From assembly GCF_006345805.1 (NCBI RefSeq), contig NC_043013.1:10912001-10976000 (forward strand): DNA of 64,000 nt, written 5' to 3'. Positions 41,168 to 55,636 of this stretch are shown here, piece after piece; within the stretch, counting starts at the first letter, position 1, and each line of letters starts with the position of its first letter. Position numbers and translations under genes: made by a program. A model generated the notes under the pieces. That model did not search any database. It saw only the letters and a program-made list of their open reading frames with translations, and had not been told where the DNA came from. This DNA is from Octopus sinensis. Lineage: Eukaryota.

Positions 41168-41358
41168 TATCCAAACATGAAAACAACACAACGCGAGGAC
41201 GTGGAACAAATATAGTATTATTGGACGCTCAGGAAGGAGGGAAGGAGGGTTTTAACGTTTCGAGCAGAGCTCTTCGTCAGAAACATAGGAAAAGGAAAGA
41301 TCCAGAGAAGGGAAGACGGAGGGAAAAAAATCGCCAACGGTACACACGCGGTCACACA
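40897..41358. mobile_element. Inverted pair of a ~200-bp hammerhead-bearing element around a (TA)n spacer
   Basis: Arms ~40897-41110 and ~41163-41358 are diverged reverse complements, each with a hammerhead-like motif. Confidence 0.8.
41249..41284 (-). ncRNA. Minimal hammerhead ribozyme-like motif
   Basis: Minus strand reads GTTT-CTGACGA-A-GAGC(TCT)GCTC-GAAAC-GTT-AAAAC. The plus-strand twin at 40967-41001 has CCGACGA. Confidence 0.65.
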
Positions 41359-41870
41359 TATACATATATATATTATGTGTATGTATATCTATGTTTATCT
41401 TATATAAATCTAAAAGAGAGAGAGGGGGAGAGAGAGAAGTGGGGGAGAGAGTAACAGTAAACTACCGCGGCTTCTCGGATAACATATATGATGCGGAGAA
41501 GGCGACATCATTCACATATGATACGACCCGGCCGAGAATGTGTAGTGTCACCTGTATTTTTTATACTCAGTTAAACTTATTTCATTTTCCGTCAATTACC
41601 ATTAACATCCTAAAGAAAAGCAATGGATGTCACGACACTGTACTTCGATGGAAGCCACGTTAGACGTGGTCGCTCCACTCTCACAGCTAAATTTCATCCC
41701 TAGCGCTACCGACACAATTTTGGAAAATTGTCTCTCATACATTACCCGACAAGAAACAGAGATTGTTTTGTATTGAACACTTTGATCACAGTTTTACTTA
41801 ATTGGCGCTGACATAATATCGAATTGCAATATCAATAAAATTATCCGCCATATATTTATATGTGTTTGAA

Positions 41871-42283
41871 GGCGGCGAGCTGGCAGAATCGTTAGCACGC
41901 CGGGCGAAATGCGTAGCCGTATTTCGTTTGCCGTTACGTTCTGGGTTCAAATTCCGCTGAGGTCGACTTTGCTTTTCATCCTTTCGGGGTCGATAAATTA
42001 AGTACCAGTTACGCACTGAGGTCGATGTAATCGACTTAATCCCTTTGTCTGTCCTTGTTTGTCCCCTCTATGCTTAGCCCTTTGTGGGTAGTAAAGAAAT
42101 AGGTATTTCGCCTGTCACTACGTTCCGAGTTCAAATTCCGCTGAGGTCGACTTTGCCTTTCATCCTTTCGGGGTCGATAAATTAAGTACCAGTTACGCAC
42201 TGGGGTCGATGTAATCGACTTAATCCCTTTGTCTGTCCTTCTTTGTCCCTTCTATGTTTAGCCCCTTGTGGATAGTAAAGAAA
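41871..42283 (+). mobile_element. SINE family B dimer (young)
   Basis: Head followed by two near-identical core/tail units. Confidence 0.92.
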
Positions 42284-42507
42284 TATATATGTATATGTGT
42301 TATTGCTCTTACTAAGCAAATTAATACGAAACCATATATTGCAACCATACTGTTATTTAGACTCTCAACATCTCAGATAGAGCAAAATTATGGTCAAAGA
42401 CTTCCTTTAAGTAGCCATTTATCAGTAGCCATTAGTCTTCGATTTTATTTGTAGCATATTTCAGAGAATGCACTATTTGATATTTATAAGATCAAATCGT
42501 GGACATA

Positions 42508-42662
42508 GGCGCAGGAGTGGCTGCTTACGAACTACATGTTTCCGGGTTCAGTCCCGCTGAGTAGCAGCTTGGGCAAGTGTATTCTACAATAACCTCGGTC
42601 CGACCAAAGCCTTGTGAGTGGATTTGGTAGACGGAAACTGGAAGAGGCCCGTCGTATATATG

Positions 42663-42703
<41 letters not shown>

Positions 42704-42900
42704 TTGTCTCCCCAACATGGCTTGACAACCGATGTTGGTGTGTTTACATCCCCGTAACTTAGCGGTTCGGCAAAAGTGACGGCAAGAATAAGCACTAGGC
42801 TTACAAAGAATAAGTCCTGGTGTCGATTTGTTCGTCGAAATGCGGTGCTCTAGCATGGCCACAGTCAAATGACTGAAACAAGTAAAAGAGTAAAATAGTA
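42508..42900 (+). mobile_element. SINE family A
   Basis: Colinear with 9007-9431. Confidence 0.88.
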
Positions 42901-43238
42901 GGTTCCTGAGAAATATCTTTGGATTCTCACCGTGAATTCGAAGATATTTAGCTGCAATCTGTAGCCAGTTGAGCAATCATACTCAAGTTCCGTGCTTCGT
43001 TTATTGAGTGATACAGCGTTTTTCTTTAGTTATTTTTAACATATTAATAATTTTCGTCGTGGAAAGAATAAAGATGAAGTTATGGCAGATTACAATGCTA
43101 GACTGTAATTTAGATTCACTCATTTTCTCATTTTATTTAGTATTTGCAGTGTTTAAATGGTGTTTAGTAGATATGAATTAACTTTGGAGAAAATACACAC
43201 ACACATACATACACACATACATATACTTCAACATATAC

Positions 43239-43290
<52 letters not shown>

Positions 43291-44099
43291 TGTGTGTGTG
43301 TGTGTGTAATCTATAAATATATATACGTAAATATATATGAGTGTGTGAATGTGTTTATGTACGTATGTTTGTAAGTATGTATGTATAAATGTATGTATGC
43401 TTTCCGTTTTTTCATGATGGAAAGTTTATTGGAATTTATATCGCTAGCTTTATTACTCTGAGAAAAGCAAACAAATATTTTCATAACATTAAAAACAATT
43501 TCTAATCTGCACAATTTTAATAATTGCGTACACGTTTCAGTCTTTGTGCATTTGCGTATAAATTTATATATATACACACATAAAACACACATGCACACAC
43601 ATACATATACATATGTATATATTATGTATAATATTTTATACATATATAAATAATATATATTTTCATACAGACATGTATATTTAGGATCTATATACAAATA
43701 ACTGTGTACGCACCCACGCATGTATATATCGATAAGCATACATATATACATATGCAGAAAATTTTTGTGTAAGTGTACTTACATATATATACAAAATATA
43801 TAATAAAAGAAAATGCATATGTATACACGCACGTACACGCATGCGCAAATGTGCAATGTTTTGTGGTGTTTGCGTGAGTGTTTATGTGCTTTTTTCTTGT
43901 GTATTCTTCGTATTTGATTCATTCCCAAATCAATCCTTCTATGGAACAGTTAGAGAGTTAGGGTGTTTACGTTTTTTGGAAGAACTTGAGAAAGTTCCGT
44001 ATGAAGATAAAATGGATAACATTCACATCTTTTGTCGATATCCGATTTACATTATTCAGGAAACAGCAGCTTAAAGAACATTGACTGGGAACGAGTAGA

Positions 44100-44754
44100 G
44101 TGATGATGATGATGATGATGATGATGATGGTGGTGTTGGGTGTGATGACGATGATGATGTTGATGATGATGATGGTGGTGGTGATGACGATGATGATGAT
44201 GGTGGTAGTGGTGATGACGATGATGATGATGATGGTGGTGTTGGGTGTGATGACGATGATGATGTTGATGATGATGTTGTTGATGTCGATGTTGATGATG
44301 ATGATGGTGGTGGTGATGACGATGATGATGATGGTGGTAGTGGTGATGACGATGATGATGATGATGGTGGTGGTGATGACGATGATGGTGGTGGTGATGA
44401 CGATGATGATGATGATGATGGTAGTGATGATGATGATGATGGTTGTGGTGATGATGATCATGGTGATGGTGATGATGATGATGTTGTTGATGATGATGAT
44501 GATGAAAACGAAGGCGACGACGAGAAAGATGTCGATGACGATGATGATGATGATCAAGATGAAGAGGAGGCGGAGGGGGAAGGTCATGATGACGAAGGCG
44601 ACGACCAAAATCACGATGACATGGCTATGACGATGATGACGTCGTCGAGCACGATAATGATAACGATGATGACAAATTAAATTTACGAAGCATCAGCATC
44701 AGCAGCAGCAGCAGCAGTAGTATTATAGTAGTAGTAGTAGTAGTAGTAGTAGTA

Positions 44755-44789
<35 letters not shown>

Positions 44790-44790
44790 A
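44100..44790. repeat. Compound (GAT/GGT/GAC)n trinucleotide array followed by (CAG)n and (TAG)n
   Basis: Direct reading. Confidence 0.9.
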
Positions 44791-45357
44791 AACGATGACG
44801 ATGGCTTCCTGCAGTTATCTTGAGATAAATACCATTTTATGATCATATTCTCGTCATACAAACGTATATAGAGTCAACTGCTGAAGGCTGGAAATTGCTA
44901 GCTAGAAACAGCAGTCAAAACCTATTTGAAATTGCACTGCATGGACTTGAAAATTAGGAGAGACGATGATATAGCCCATCATGATAGCACTGTTGAGTCT
45001 GAATAGATATAAGATGAAAGAAGAAAAATTCCAGACTGTTGCAGACTATTTTAATGGAGAAATTAATCAGTAAGTTCAAAAATATTAGTTCGACTGTCTA
45101 GCAACAGGAATACACATTTACAAATATTTTCATGGAAAAGCAAGTTTTCTGGAATTAATCTCGATGTGTGTGAGACAGGGAAACAGAGAAAGAGAGAGAG
45201 AGAAAGAGAGAGGGAGAGAGGGAGAGAGAGAGGAGAGAGAGAGAGTTGATATGTCAATATGCATGTGGGTGCAGGTATGTGTGCATTTATGCATAGAGAG
45301 AGACACACATACATGCATCCATGCATATACCCACATCTATGTGCATGTGTGCGTTCG

Positions 45358-45406
<49 letters not shown>

Positions 45407-46020
45407 TTATATTTATGTATATATCTATATATGTATATCTATATATATATATATATATATATATGCGTGTGTATATATATATATAGATATATATATATAT
45501 ATATACATATATATGCGCTGATATAATTTCGGAGAGGGAGATAGCATATTTCTTATCAGTTGAAGTTCAATGGAAATTTGGAGTTGTTTGTTTTAATTGA
45601 GGCATTTGAAAAATATTCTTTTAGACGCGTCATGATGTAAGTCTTTGATTCGTAAAAAAGACTAAATAATGAAGAATAAAACGTCTTCATGAATAACGCA
45701 TTAATTTTTCTATTTTCAATGTGTCACCGATTTTTATGTAAATGTATTAAAATTTTGAAGCGAGGCGAATTATCTGCATTCTGTTTTATTTTTCTCTTCT
45801 TTGTAGCTAGAACTTTCTTTTCTTTTTTTTTTTTTTCTGTAGTTTATGAATTTCTTCATTTCATTCCTGAGTAAGGAATGTTTTAACATTTTACCTCTGA
45901 TTAAAATATTTATCAATTTTTAGCTGTATTTCATAATTTTTTCATAATATGTATTAAATACCTGAAGCTATGAAAAAGTCATAATGCTACTTTGCTTTTA
46001 TATGTATATATATTTCTGTG

Positions 46021-46089
<69 letters not shown>

Positions 46090-46110
46090 GTCTGTCTGTC
46101 TATCTGCCTG

Positions 46111-46152
<42 letters not shown>

Positions 46153-46783
46153 ATCTGTCTATCTATCTATCTATCTATCTATCTATCATCTGTCTATCTA
46201 CCTATCCATCTATATATTATATATATATATATATATAATATAATATATATAAAAAACACTCACGCATGTATATGCATGTATATCATGTATATATGTGTTT
46301 GGTTTTTTTGTATCTATTTCCGTAACCTTTATTTTACTATTTGAATGAAAATCTATTCAATAGATAATAATGCTTAAATGTTATTTAAACATTCGTTTAA
46401 TCAAGTATCGGTTTCATCTTTTGGGCTTTAGTCATTCATGAACACCACTTTTTTAGAATATAATGCACGGCCCTAGAAACTATAAAGCCTATCATTTTTT
46501 TAAATGTCGAAAATCTGTCCCTATTCGCCCGAAACGTAATTAGAAACTATGTTTATATCCTTCTTGTTGGTTTTTTTTTTCTCTTTTCCTACTCACTCTA
46601 TGAGCTACCATCCTAGCATTCTTACCGAACGAAATATCATAGAATAAATTTCATTTCAATAAGGAGTTGATCACAGTTTGAATGTCTTTCAATAAAAATC
46701 TATGGATCGAAGTAAAATGACAATCCACCTGTATAACCATTGCGAAGACACCAGGGGCCTGCAATATATTTCCCTGTTATAGA

Positions 46784-47049
46784 CCTGTGCTCAGCAGCCA
46801 CAGGGCCGCAGACCAGTACCAGTACCAGTCCTAAGACCATTTGGTATCAAACCCCACAGAAAGTATAAATTTTTAAATTGTATTGCCTTTTTATGGCCTA
46901 TCGCAATCTCCAAGCTGCCGTTGCATTAGAAATCTATTATATATATTATACTCTTTATTGTGTTCTGTAATGCTTGTGGTCGCTCTGTCCGAGGAAGAAT
47001 TATCCTGCATGAAATCCGTCCGCGGTGCGAAAATGGTTGAGGATCGCTG
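46784..47049. mobile_element. Degenerate hAT/Charlie-like MITE
   Basis: The right end CCGCGGTGCGAAAATGGTTGAGGATCGCTG resembles Charlie-type termini, and GGCCGCAGACCAGTACC subterminal motifs are present. Confidence 0.45.
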
Positions 47050-49351
47050 TTACATGCAATAATATATTCAGTACAGTTTACGTACTTATACTACAACTAT
47101 TAACAGTTTCCAGAAAACTACAATTACAGTATTCCACAAATAAAATTCCGTATGATGTATCCTTATCGAATTACATCTAGAGATATTTAAGTTATCGATC
47201 TCCGAATGTTAAATGGCAAAATAGAAGTAGGAAGGATTTGAAATCAAATCATAACGGGCGGTAATCAATTACAGCAAAATAATAGTCTGACAATCAACCG
47301 ATGTGGCCATGTTTTATCCCTCTCCACTCCCCAAGCTGTCAATCAAAACCTTGTACTTCGGTTCGAACAAGTTTAAGAGAAATAAGGAACACACGGAGAT
47401 ACGCTGGGATAAGGAGAATTTGGCACAGGAAAATATAAGGAATCTACTTTCAGATAGTACTTCATGATTACAAATTGAAATTATGTCTAAGTAAGGGTAT
47501 TGTTATTTCTCGCTTTTCTCTCTTTCCTTCTCTCTTTCTCCCTGTTCGTCTATCTGTCTACTCCTATCTCTTTCTTTCTCACTCTTTCTCTCTCTCTTTC
47601 TCTCTTTTCTCCGTGTTCAATAAAAATACAAGAAGTCTAATGATGATTCATAACGCAGATCATCATATGTGATGCGGGACATAATATCCGATTAAAGATA
47701 AACAACTCTCTTGCTGCCGCGTAAAAACCGATGTCTATCTATCACTTGATCCCATACTAAATTTACTGTACGGACTGTCATCTATATTCCAGTTCGCTTA
47801 ACTAGCTAAGAATAAGTAGAATTAAGTTCGTTTACACAAAGATCCAGCTATATAACGGATGCTAAGATACCAGCAGCCTAGATTATATTTGCAGCTTAGA
47901 GGCGACAACGTTGTACCGAAGAAGAGCTATACAGTTACCACAACTACGAATTTCGTTTTACAGAAATACGAAACATATATATCAGAGATTAAACTTCACA
48001 CGTTAACCCAACCTAATCCAATGAGCATCTATTTTAGTCATTTGCAAGCTGGGTTGTCATGACACCCTAGAATGATGAAACTGGCACATAGATATATTTT
48101 TTCATTCTTGCCATTAAATGTCCTATGATACGTAGAGCGTTTCAACCTTTAATCATATAGCTCTATAATTAAATGCTGAAAAGCAATCCCAGGCACTATA
48201 ATTATTGATATTATATTTACTTTGTCTCTCTAAGCATTCCAGTACGTGAGGCGATGCTTAAAAACAACAAAGACACTGAATGTATTAATTTATTTAATGC
48301 TTTCTACTGCAACACATTGACATAAGCGAAAGTTATTATTGTTGCTGTCGATTGTAGTCAATATAAATGTCGTTGCTAATGTGGCGAGGTGTCAAAATCG
48401 TTAGCACACCGGGTAAAAAGGATAGCGAAGTTTCAAATTCCACCGAGGTTAACTTTGCCTTTCATCCTATCGGGGTCGATAAAATAAGTACCAGCTGAAC
48501 ACTGGAGGTCGGTGTAATCGATTTACCCCTGCCGCGAAATTGTTTGTCTTGAGCCAAAATCTAAAACCAATATTATTGTTGTTGTTCGTGTTATTGTTCT
48601 TGGGCACTAGGACAATCCTGATCGAGTAGACCTATGACGAAAGGCACTCTAGCCATGGCCATCTCTTTTAATGGTATCTAGAACACCGTTCTCTATATCT
48701 TTTCCGCACTTATTAGAGTATTTTTTTCCTTTTATTTTCTACTGAACCGATAAGTTACGAGGACTTAAAAAACAACAACGCCCCCCAATCAGTGCTAGGG
48801 AATAAATTCAAACACAAAAACGCACACACTTCTATCTCTTTCTCTCTATCAACTTAGCTCATGTGACGTTAGTTAGCCCGAAGCTACAGTAGACGACAAT
48901 TGCCCAAGGTATCACAGTGGGACTGAATCTGGAACCGTCAGTAGTCTAAGAGCTACTTGGCTTCCTAGTGCTGCCGCTTGAGTGTCTACAGGAAAGGAGA
49001 TCCCTCTTTAGTTTATAATCAAACGTCATACAGAAATTTTATTTGTATATCTAAAATTAAAGTACAAGTGAAGCTGATTGGTTAACAGTTCGACGAAAAA
49101 TTGAGCCTCATTTTAATCGCAAACAGTAAAAGGAAAATGATAGTTCGACATTTAAAGATTAAAATGCTGTGAATAATAATTAAAAACAGTTGATTTTTGT
49201 TTACTCCCAGGTGACCTCTGATTCACCAGTGACCAAGTAATTACTCTTTTATCAGACACTAAGTAGCCTGGTAATATATTACCAAATGTGTTGTTATTTT
49301 ATGTACGTATTCATATATTTATTTATTCATATATTTATTTATTCATCTACG

Positions 49352-49408
<57 letters not shown>

Positions 49409-49982
49409 ATAATTTACTTATATATTTATTAATTTATTGGCTGGCAGGTTTTCTATGGCTCAAGAATGTGTAATTGTTTGTGCTTGTTTGTGTAAAATAT
49501 AAATACATATATATTGTGTTACATATTTATATACGAGCGCAGGCACGTGGGTTATTGTCTTCATTTCACGATCGTAAGGCCGTGAGTTCGATTTCCAGCA
49601 GCGTGTTGCATTCTTGAGCAAGACACTTTATTTCTCATTACTCCAGTCCACTCAGCTGGCAGAAATGAAGTGTACCTGTTGCTCAATGAACCAGCTTTGC
49701 CATAATCGATATGTCATGCTCGATTTTCTTGAGATCTATGCTGGGTGGCGGGGCGTGTCCATGGAGTATTCATTTACTTTCGCGTTGATTCTAGGAGCAG
49801 GCTGTTTCACATATAAAGATCACCTGGAACACACCTGATCGTGATCGTCGGAGAGTCCAGGCATGTGTTTGCGTGCGTGCGCTTGTGTGTGTGTGTGTAT
49901 ATACACACACACACACACAGATACACACGCACACAAATGAACGCGCACGTACACAAATGCACACACACACAGATATATGTAT

Positions 49983-50170
49983 ATGAGGGGTGCTGAAAAG
50001 GTTCCTGGAAATCCTCGCGAAGGGCCTGTTTGGAGGCCAACTTTACGAGTTCTTTTACAGGGCTTAAAGAAGCTCAAGAACCGCTGCAATGAGTGCGAAT
50101 CTGAGAGGGAAATATGTTGAATTAAATCATACTTAACTGATATTTCTGTATCAGCATCCAATCGTAAATG
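49983..50170 (+). mobile_element. Mariner-derived MITE relic
   Basis: TA|TGAGGGGTGCTGAAAAGGTTCC terminus and a transposase-end remnant GGGAAATATGTTGAA. Confidence 0.5.
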
Positions 50171-50475
50171 TATGTATGCATGTCTGCATGTAAGTGTGTA
50201 TATATATATTCTACCAATTTTATACGTTTTTATTATATTTTTGCAATTTACTTAATCATTGACATTTTATTGTTATTTTAATTTTAATATTTCTAAATAT
50301 ATGTAATTTTCTGGATGGTGTAATTTAATTGTTCATTTTAAATGGATAAAAGGTGTTTTTTTCTAATTTTTTTATATATATATTACATAGTGTGAAATTT
50401 GATTTAGTATTTCTAAATATAATTTTTTCCCTGTAAGTTTGGATTTATATTCCCTCAAATAATAATAATAATAAT

Positions 50476-50543
<68 letters not shown>

Positions 50544-53133
50544 AAAGGATTGATAGAAAGAAGTCGGATACATAGATGTTAAGATGTGAGCTTACTCTGA
50601 CAACTCAAGCTTCCCTCACTCATCTAAAATTTTCATTTATCTCTTACATCAGTAAGGAAAAAAAAAACGAAAAAGAAAACTAGGTGAAGGACATTTTCGA
50701 AGTATAGTGTGTGGTCTAAAAATGTCTAAAAGTAGAGATGATGGAAGCCCAAATATCTCCACAGAAACAGTTGGCAGTATGTGTTATCTTCACGTTATCC
50801 AGCAATTACTTACACATGTAACTTACTGAAATCATTTTATAAACTTCAGATGGATAACCAAATAGCAACGGAAGAAAAGAATTAATAAATGAAAGAGAGA
50901 AAGATATAAAGAATGAAGGAATAAGGAAAGAAGTATAAAAGGACAGTGAAAAGAAACGTAAGCACAGGAGGACGATGGTGACTTCGTAGAAGTGGCAAGC
51001 AAATAACAACAAATTAAAATGAATGAAATATCTAGTTGTGGCCCTTTTAATTTTGTTTTTTTATTTGACCAACGTTAATAAAATATAACACTAATCTTGA
51101 GCTGGGGTTCGTAGAAATTATTTGTTAGAGCATTTGTGAAATGGTTTGGGGAATTATTCCGGGTTTTCTCATTTCTCTTTTCTTTTCTATTCTTTCTTTC
51201 TGTATTTTTGTTATACGAAAGTTTGGTTAATATTCTTTCAAATAGTCGACAAGCTCATATCTAAAAAAAGTGAAACACCCGGAACATGAATAATGAGACT
51301 TCCCGCCCTTGTATTATCTTATGAATGTTCTATGGCAAGCATATGGTGCCTATTAAGGCAGTAACCATTCGTCGAGTTGATGATCAAGAAAGGAGAGAGT
51401 AAAAGATGTTTTAACTATTTACATCTCACTACGTTTTATTTTAAGCAAAGACAATGGCTTGTTTCATCACCGAATTTCTTAAGTAAGGGTATTTATTTTA
51501 AGTTCGAGATCTGTTTTGGGACAGTGAGTAACAGTGAGTAACAGAGAACCTTGTATTAATTACTTGCGTTGACAGGTATTTTGTGTCATGAACACAGGAA
51601 GGATGAAAAACAAGGTTCCGCTCGGCAAGATCTGAATTCAAAGTTTTCAAAACATCGTTGAGAATTACTGCTTCCCATTTCGTCCAAAGCTTTGTCGAAT
51701 TTGCCGACCCACTAACCTGTCGAATTTCTATATAACACAAAACAAATGCGCAAGAATGTGTGAAAAAGCACAATCTTTTTGTAGTCTGTAATGGTGATCG
51801 TAATTGCAAGAGAATTTCCTTCATGAAATATGAAATTCATAAATACGCTGACCTTCAGTTTCACTGAAGCAGTTTATAAATATTGATAGATTAAAATGAG
51901 ACTTGAGATGAGAACAACGAAAACTTCCGAAAAATATAGCAAGATAGATTTAGAAAACGAACTTGGCTCTGAGGTGATAGTGTTGAAAATGGTAATGCAA
52001 TTGAAGTCAATGTAAGGTAAACAGATTTTTTCGAAAGGGAAAAAAACTGTTGAGGAACGGAAACCCCATAAGCAGAGTGGCAAACCAAAATATTTCAATT
52101 TGGGGACATTTCTGTCAATGGCAAGTAGACAATGATGGATGTAGATATGAAGATAGAAAAAAAAAGGAATTATTAAGCCAAGAAACACGTTCAAGAGGCT
52201 GTGAGTCTTAGATGGGCATGAAGACTCACAGCCTTTTGAACGTGTTGGCAAGGAGAAAGAAAAGTGTAAGCAGCAAACCAGTATATAATTTTATAAAATG
52301 ATACAAACATACAAACATACAAACACTAAAGTTGTGTTTTGCATACGGTAAGGCAAAAGAATAAACTCGCAAAACGTTAAATTTCATCCAATTTATATAG
52401 AGTTTCTTTTTTTCTTTATATCAATTTTCATTTGTTGTCTCAATATATGTGAGTGTGTGTGTGTGGGGGGGGGGGGTTGTCAAATAAATTTTAAATTTCA
52501 GTATTTTCTTTAGTCGAGATATCTATCGATTTTATATGTAATTTATGTTTTCAAATGCGCACATAGGTCGCAATAGTCAGCGTGTCCGTGCACACTCATG
52601 TATCTTCATGCGCCCACTTTGCACTTACAAAATCTCATGCTATATGCACATGTGCATGTGTACATACATACACACATACACACACAGATATATGTGTATA
52701 TATATATGTTCATGTTTGGATTGACTATATATATATATATATATATATATTCCAGATCATCTGGGAGGTCTGTTATGAGTACTTCTGGTTACAAGAACTG
52801 CAGTAAAACCTGTTGCATGGTCGGGTCGTTGACGATTAATCTGCCCCTCTACTAGGCTTGCCTAGAGAGAACGGTTACTAAAAACACAACAGGACTAAAA
52901 ACTAAGGCCTATCGCCATCCTGATAGTGTGCACTTGAAAAGAGGTATCATCACTCATGTCGATACCCAGGTCCCACACTGATCAAAGATCAGATTATACT
53001 CAACATAGTCTACGTTCAAAGATTATATAGCAATAATATCGGCCCTCAGAAATTTCTAGTTGATGTCTAGTATGCTGGAATGTAACAGGGATTGAAGTAC
53101 ATTTTTACCGTTTGTTAAAGCATGTCACTAAGA

Positions 53134-53285
53134 CTTATGGCGATCACCGTGCAATGACTAAAGAAAATAGTCTAATAACGGGGCATGTCCCACGCGGATA
53201 GGAACGCCTTCTTTTTTCTGTCGAGGGCTTATATGCCCCGTTGTTAGAATATTTTCCTTAGTCATTGCACGGTGATAGCTTTAAG
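53134..53285. repeat. Inverted repeat with ~53-bp arms
   Basis: atcaccgtgcaatgactaaagaaaatagtctaataacggggcat versus atgccccgttgttagaatattttccttagtcattgcacggtgat. Confidence 0.85.
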
Positions 53286-53362
53286 CTTATAGAAAAAAAA
53301 TGTCATTATTATTATTTGCAGGATTGCAAAATACGGCACCGTATAACAAAACCATTCGCACC

Positions 53363-53475
53363 GGAAGCATAGGCTCGAAACGTAAAAGACTTTTCCTATT
53401 CCTGAGCGCTATACTAATACATCTGCTTGTTTTGTACACCACCTGTCTTCGTCTTTTGTTTTTTTCGTAAACTCT

Positions 53476-53480
<5 letters not shown>
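53363..53480 (+). mobile_element. Truncated copy of the hammerhead-like family found in the 35-kb triplication, ending in (TA)n
   Basis: agcataggctcgaaacgtaaaagact...cctgtcttcgtcttttg matches ~35328-35420. Confidence 0.7.
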
Positions 53481-53520
<40 letters not shown>

Positions 53521-54065
53521 CACACATACTTATGTACATGTATATTTTTCTTATTGCAACAAATTTTGACTTACGGCTGTTTCCTGTAGCCATTCTACAT
53601 TCCTCAGAGCACAACCACGTATTTATTGCTAGAATGGTGATGAAATATAATCTTACGGAAGTATACGCGAAGTGTTCTACTAATGTAAACAATATTGTTA
53701 GCCTGATGCAGTAACAGAGAGCTTATAAAGTCTAATCCCACTTTGATAATCCCTCTCTAATAACTTGCTTTATACAGATATACATACACACACACAAACA
53801 CATACACACACATACACATACACAGATGGGTATATTCGTACACACAAACACACTCACTTAATGTAGTGGTGAGATAAAATATTTTTGCTACTTGTATTAT
53901 CGAATATGCCGTACAATTGGCTCATGATATATAACACATGGTACTTATAACCATAAACTAGTCATTGGATGGAAAACAGGTTAATTGATAAATAATGGCA
54001 AGAAGAGGAAATGCATATCTCTAAGCTATCTCACTCTCACACTCCTTTCTCTCTATGTATGTATG

Positions 54066-54103
<38 letters not shown>

Positions 54104-54111
54104 TAGAAACA

Positions 54112-54154
<43 letters not shown>

Positions 54155-54234
54155 TATATGTCATATATCATATATTACACATGTATAATATATATAGTAT
54201 ATATAATAACATGTGCACACACATACGCACACGC

Positions 54235-54289
<55 letters not shown>

Positions 54290-54555
54290 ATATATATATA
54301 TATAATATATATATATATATATACATATATACATACAAACAGACACATATACATAGATAGAAGTTTATATATGCATACACACACATATATGTATATACAA
54401 TTAGATATATACTTATACATACATACATACGTACATGCATACATGCAATCTCACACAAAGTGTATGTGCCCAAAGCAAAGCTTGAGTTGACGACTGATAT
54501 TATCTTCCTATTTGAAGATCATGCACACAGACACACACATACCTTGATCAACGTT

Positions 54556-54840
54556 GTAAGCTTAGTATCGGTCTCTTTTGCCGAACCTCTAAGTTACGGG
54601 GACGTAAACACACCGGCATCGGTTGTCAAGCGATGTTGGTGGGGACAAACACACACACAGATATTTATACATATATACAGCGGACGTCTTTCAGTTTCCG
54701 TCTACCAAATCCACTTACCAGGCTTTGGTCGGCTCGATGCTAAAGTAGAAGACACTTGCCCAAGGTACCACGCAGTGGGACTGAACCCGGAACCATGTGG
54801 TTGGTAAGCAAGCTACTTACCACACAGCCACTCCTGTGCC
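54556..54840 (-). mobile_element. SINE family A (tail missing)
   Basis: Reverse-complement head and body. Confidence 0.85.
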
Positions 54841-55033
54841 TTGTATGTGTATAATAGATATATACTTTATATAATGTATATATAAAATATTTATCATTTA
54901 ATATATATGATTTTGATTTGATTTTTCCAGTTTCAGCTAATGAGCTGTGGCCATGCTGGGGCACCGCCATATGTATATATATAAAATATTTATCATTATA
55001 TATATATATATATATAGATGGGTAATACTTGTA

Positions 55034-55252
55034 GAGTAATCCCTCGCCATATCGCGTTTTACTTATTGCGGTTTATTATCTTAGCTTACATTGATTCCTT
55101 TGTGGTGCTGTTTTGCACTTATAATAATATAAATATATACAAATTATAAAAACAATATAAAGAAATATACAGTACAGTACTGTTTTTACTTCACGGATTT
55201 TCACCTATCGTCGGTTTAGAACGTAACATACGCGATAATCGAGGGGTTACTG
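55034..55252. mobile_element. Tigger/pogo-like MITE
   Basis: Imperfect TIRs AGTAATCCCTCGCCATATCGCG / CGCGATAATCGAGGGGTTACT. Confidence 0.7.
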
Positions 55253-55636
55253 CATATGTACGGGTTTATATAACATAAGATGTGTGTCGTTGTGCGCAGT
55301 TGTGTTTACAGAAAACCTCGATGATTGCTCTTCGATTTGCACGAAGCTGCCCAATGCATTTTGGCGGCAGCTGTTGTGTGGTGAGTAGCATGTATTTGTA
55401 TTTTAAGTTGCCATCTTGTTTGTCTTTGTGTTACTTTCGCTGGGCATTTTAAATCGATTATCACGGTAATGTGCACCAAAATTCAATATGTTATCTAAGC
55501 GTAATCACTTTGGATACGAGAAAGACCGAAGACATATAACGTGGCGTTAGCACGAAAAATAATCTTAAAGGTATAATGTCACTTGAACGCTGGAAGAAAA
55601 CAAAAAGCGATGCAAAGCCAAATAATAATAATAATA

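Noticed and set aside
43967-44630. 215-aa and 176-aa ORFs
   Set aside because: They are open only because the GAT/ATC array lacks stops in those frames.
51498-52251. Possible Penelope RT remnants on the minus strand (RQVSGSA, ICLPYI)
   Set aside because: The matches are very weak and the motif order is inconsistent with a PLE RT. A profile-HMM search would be needed.
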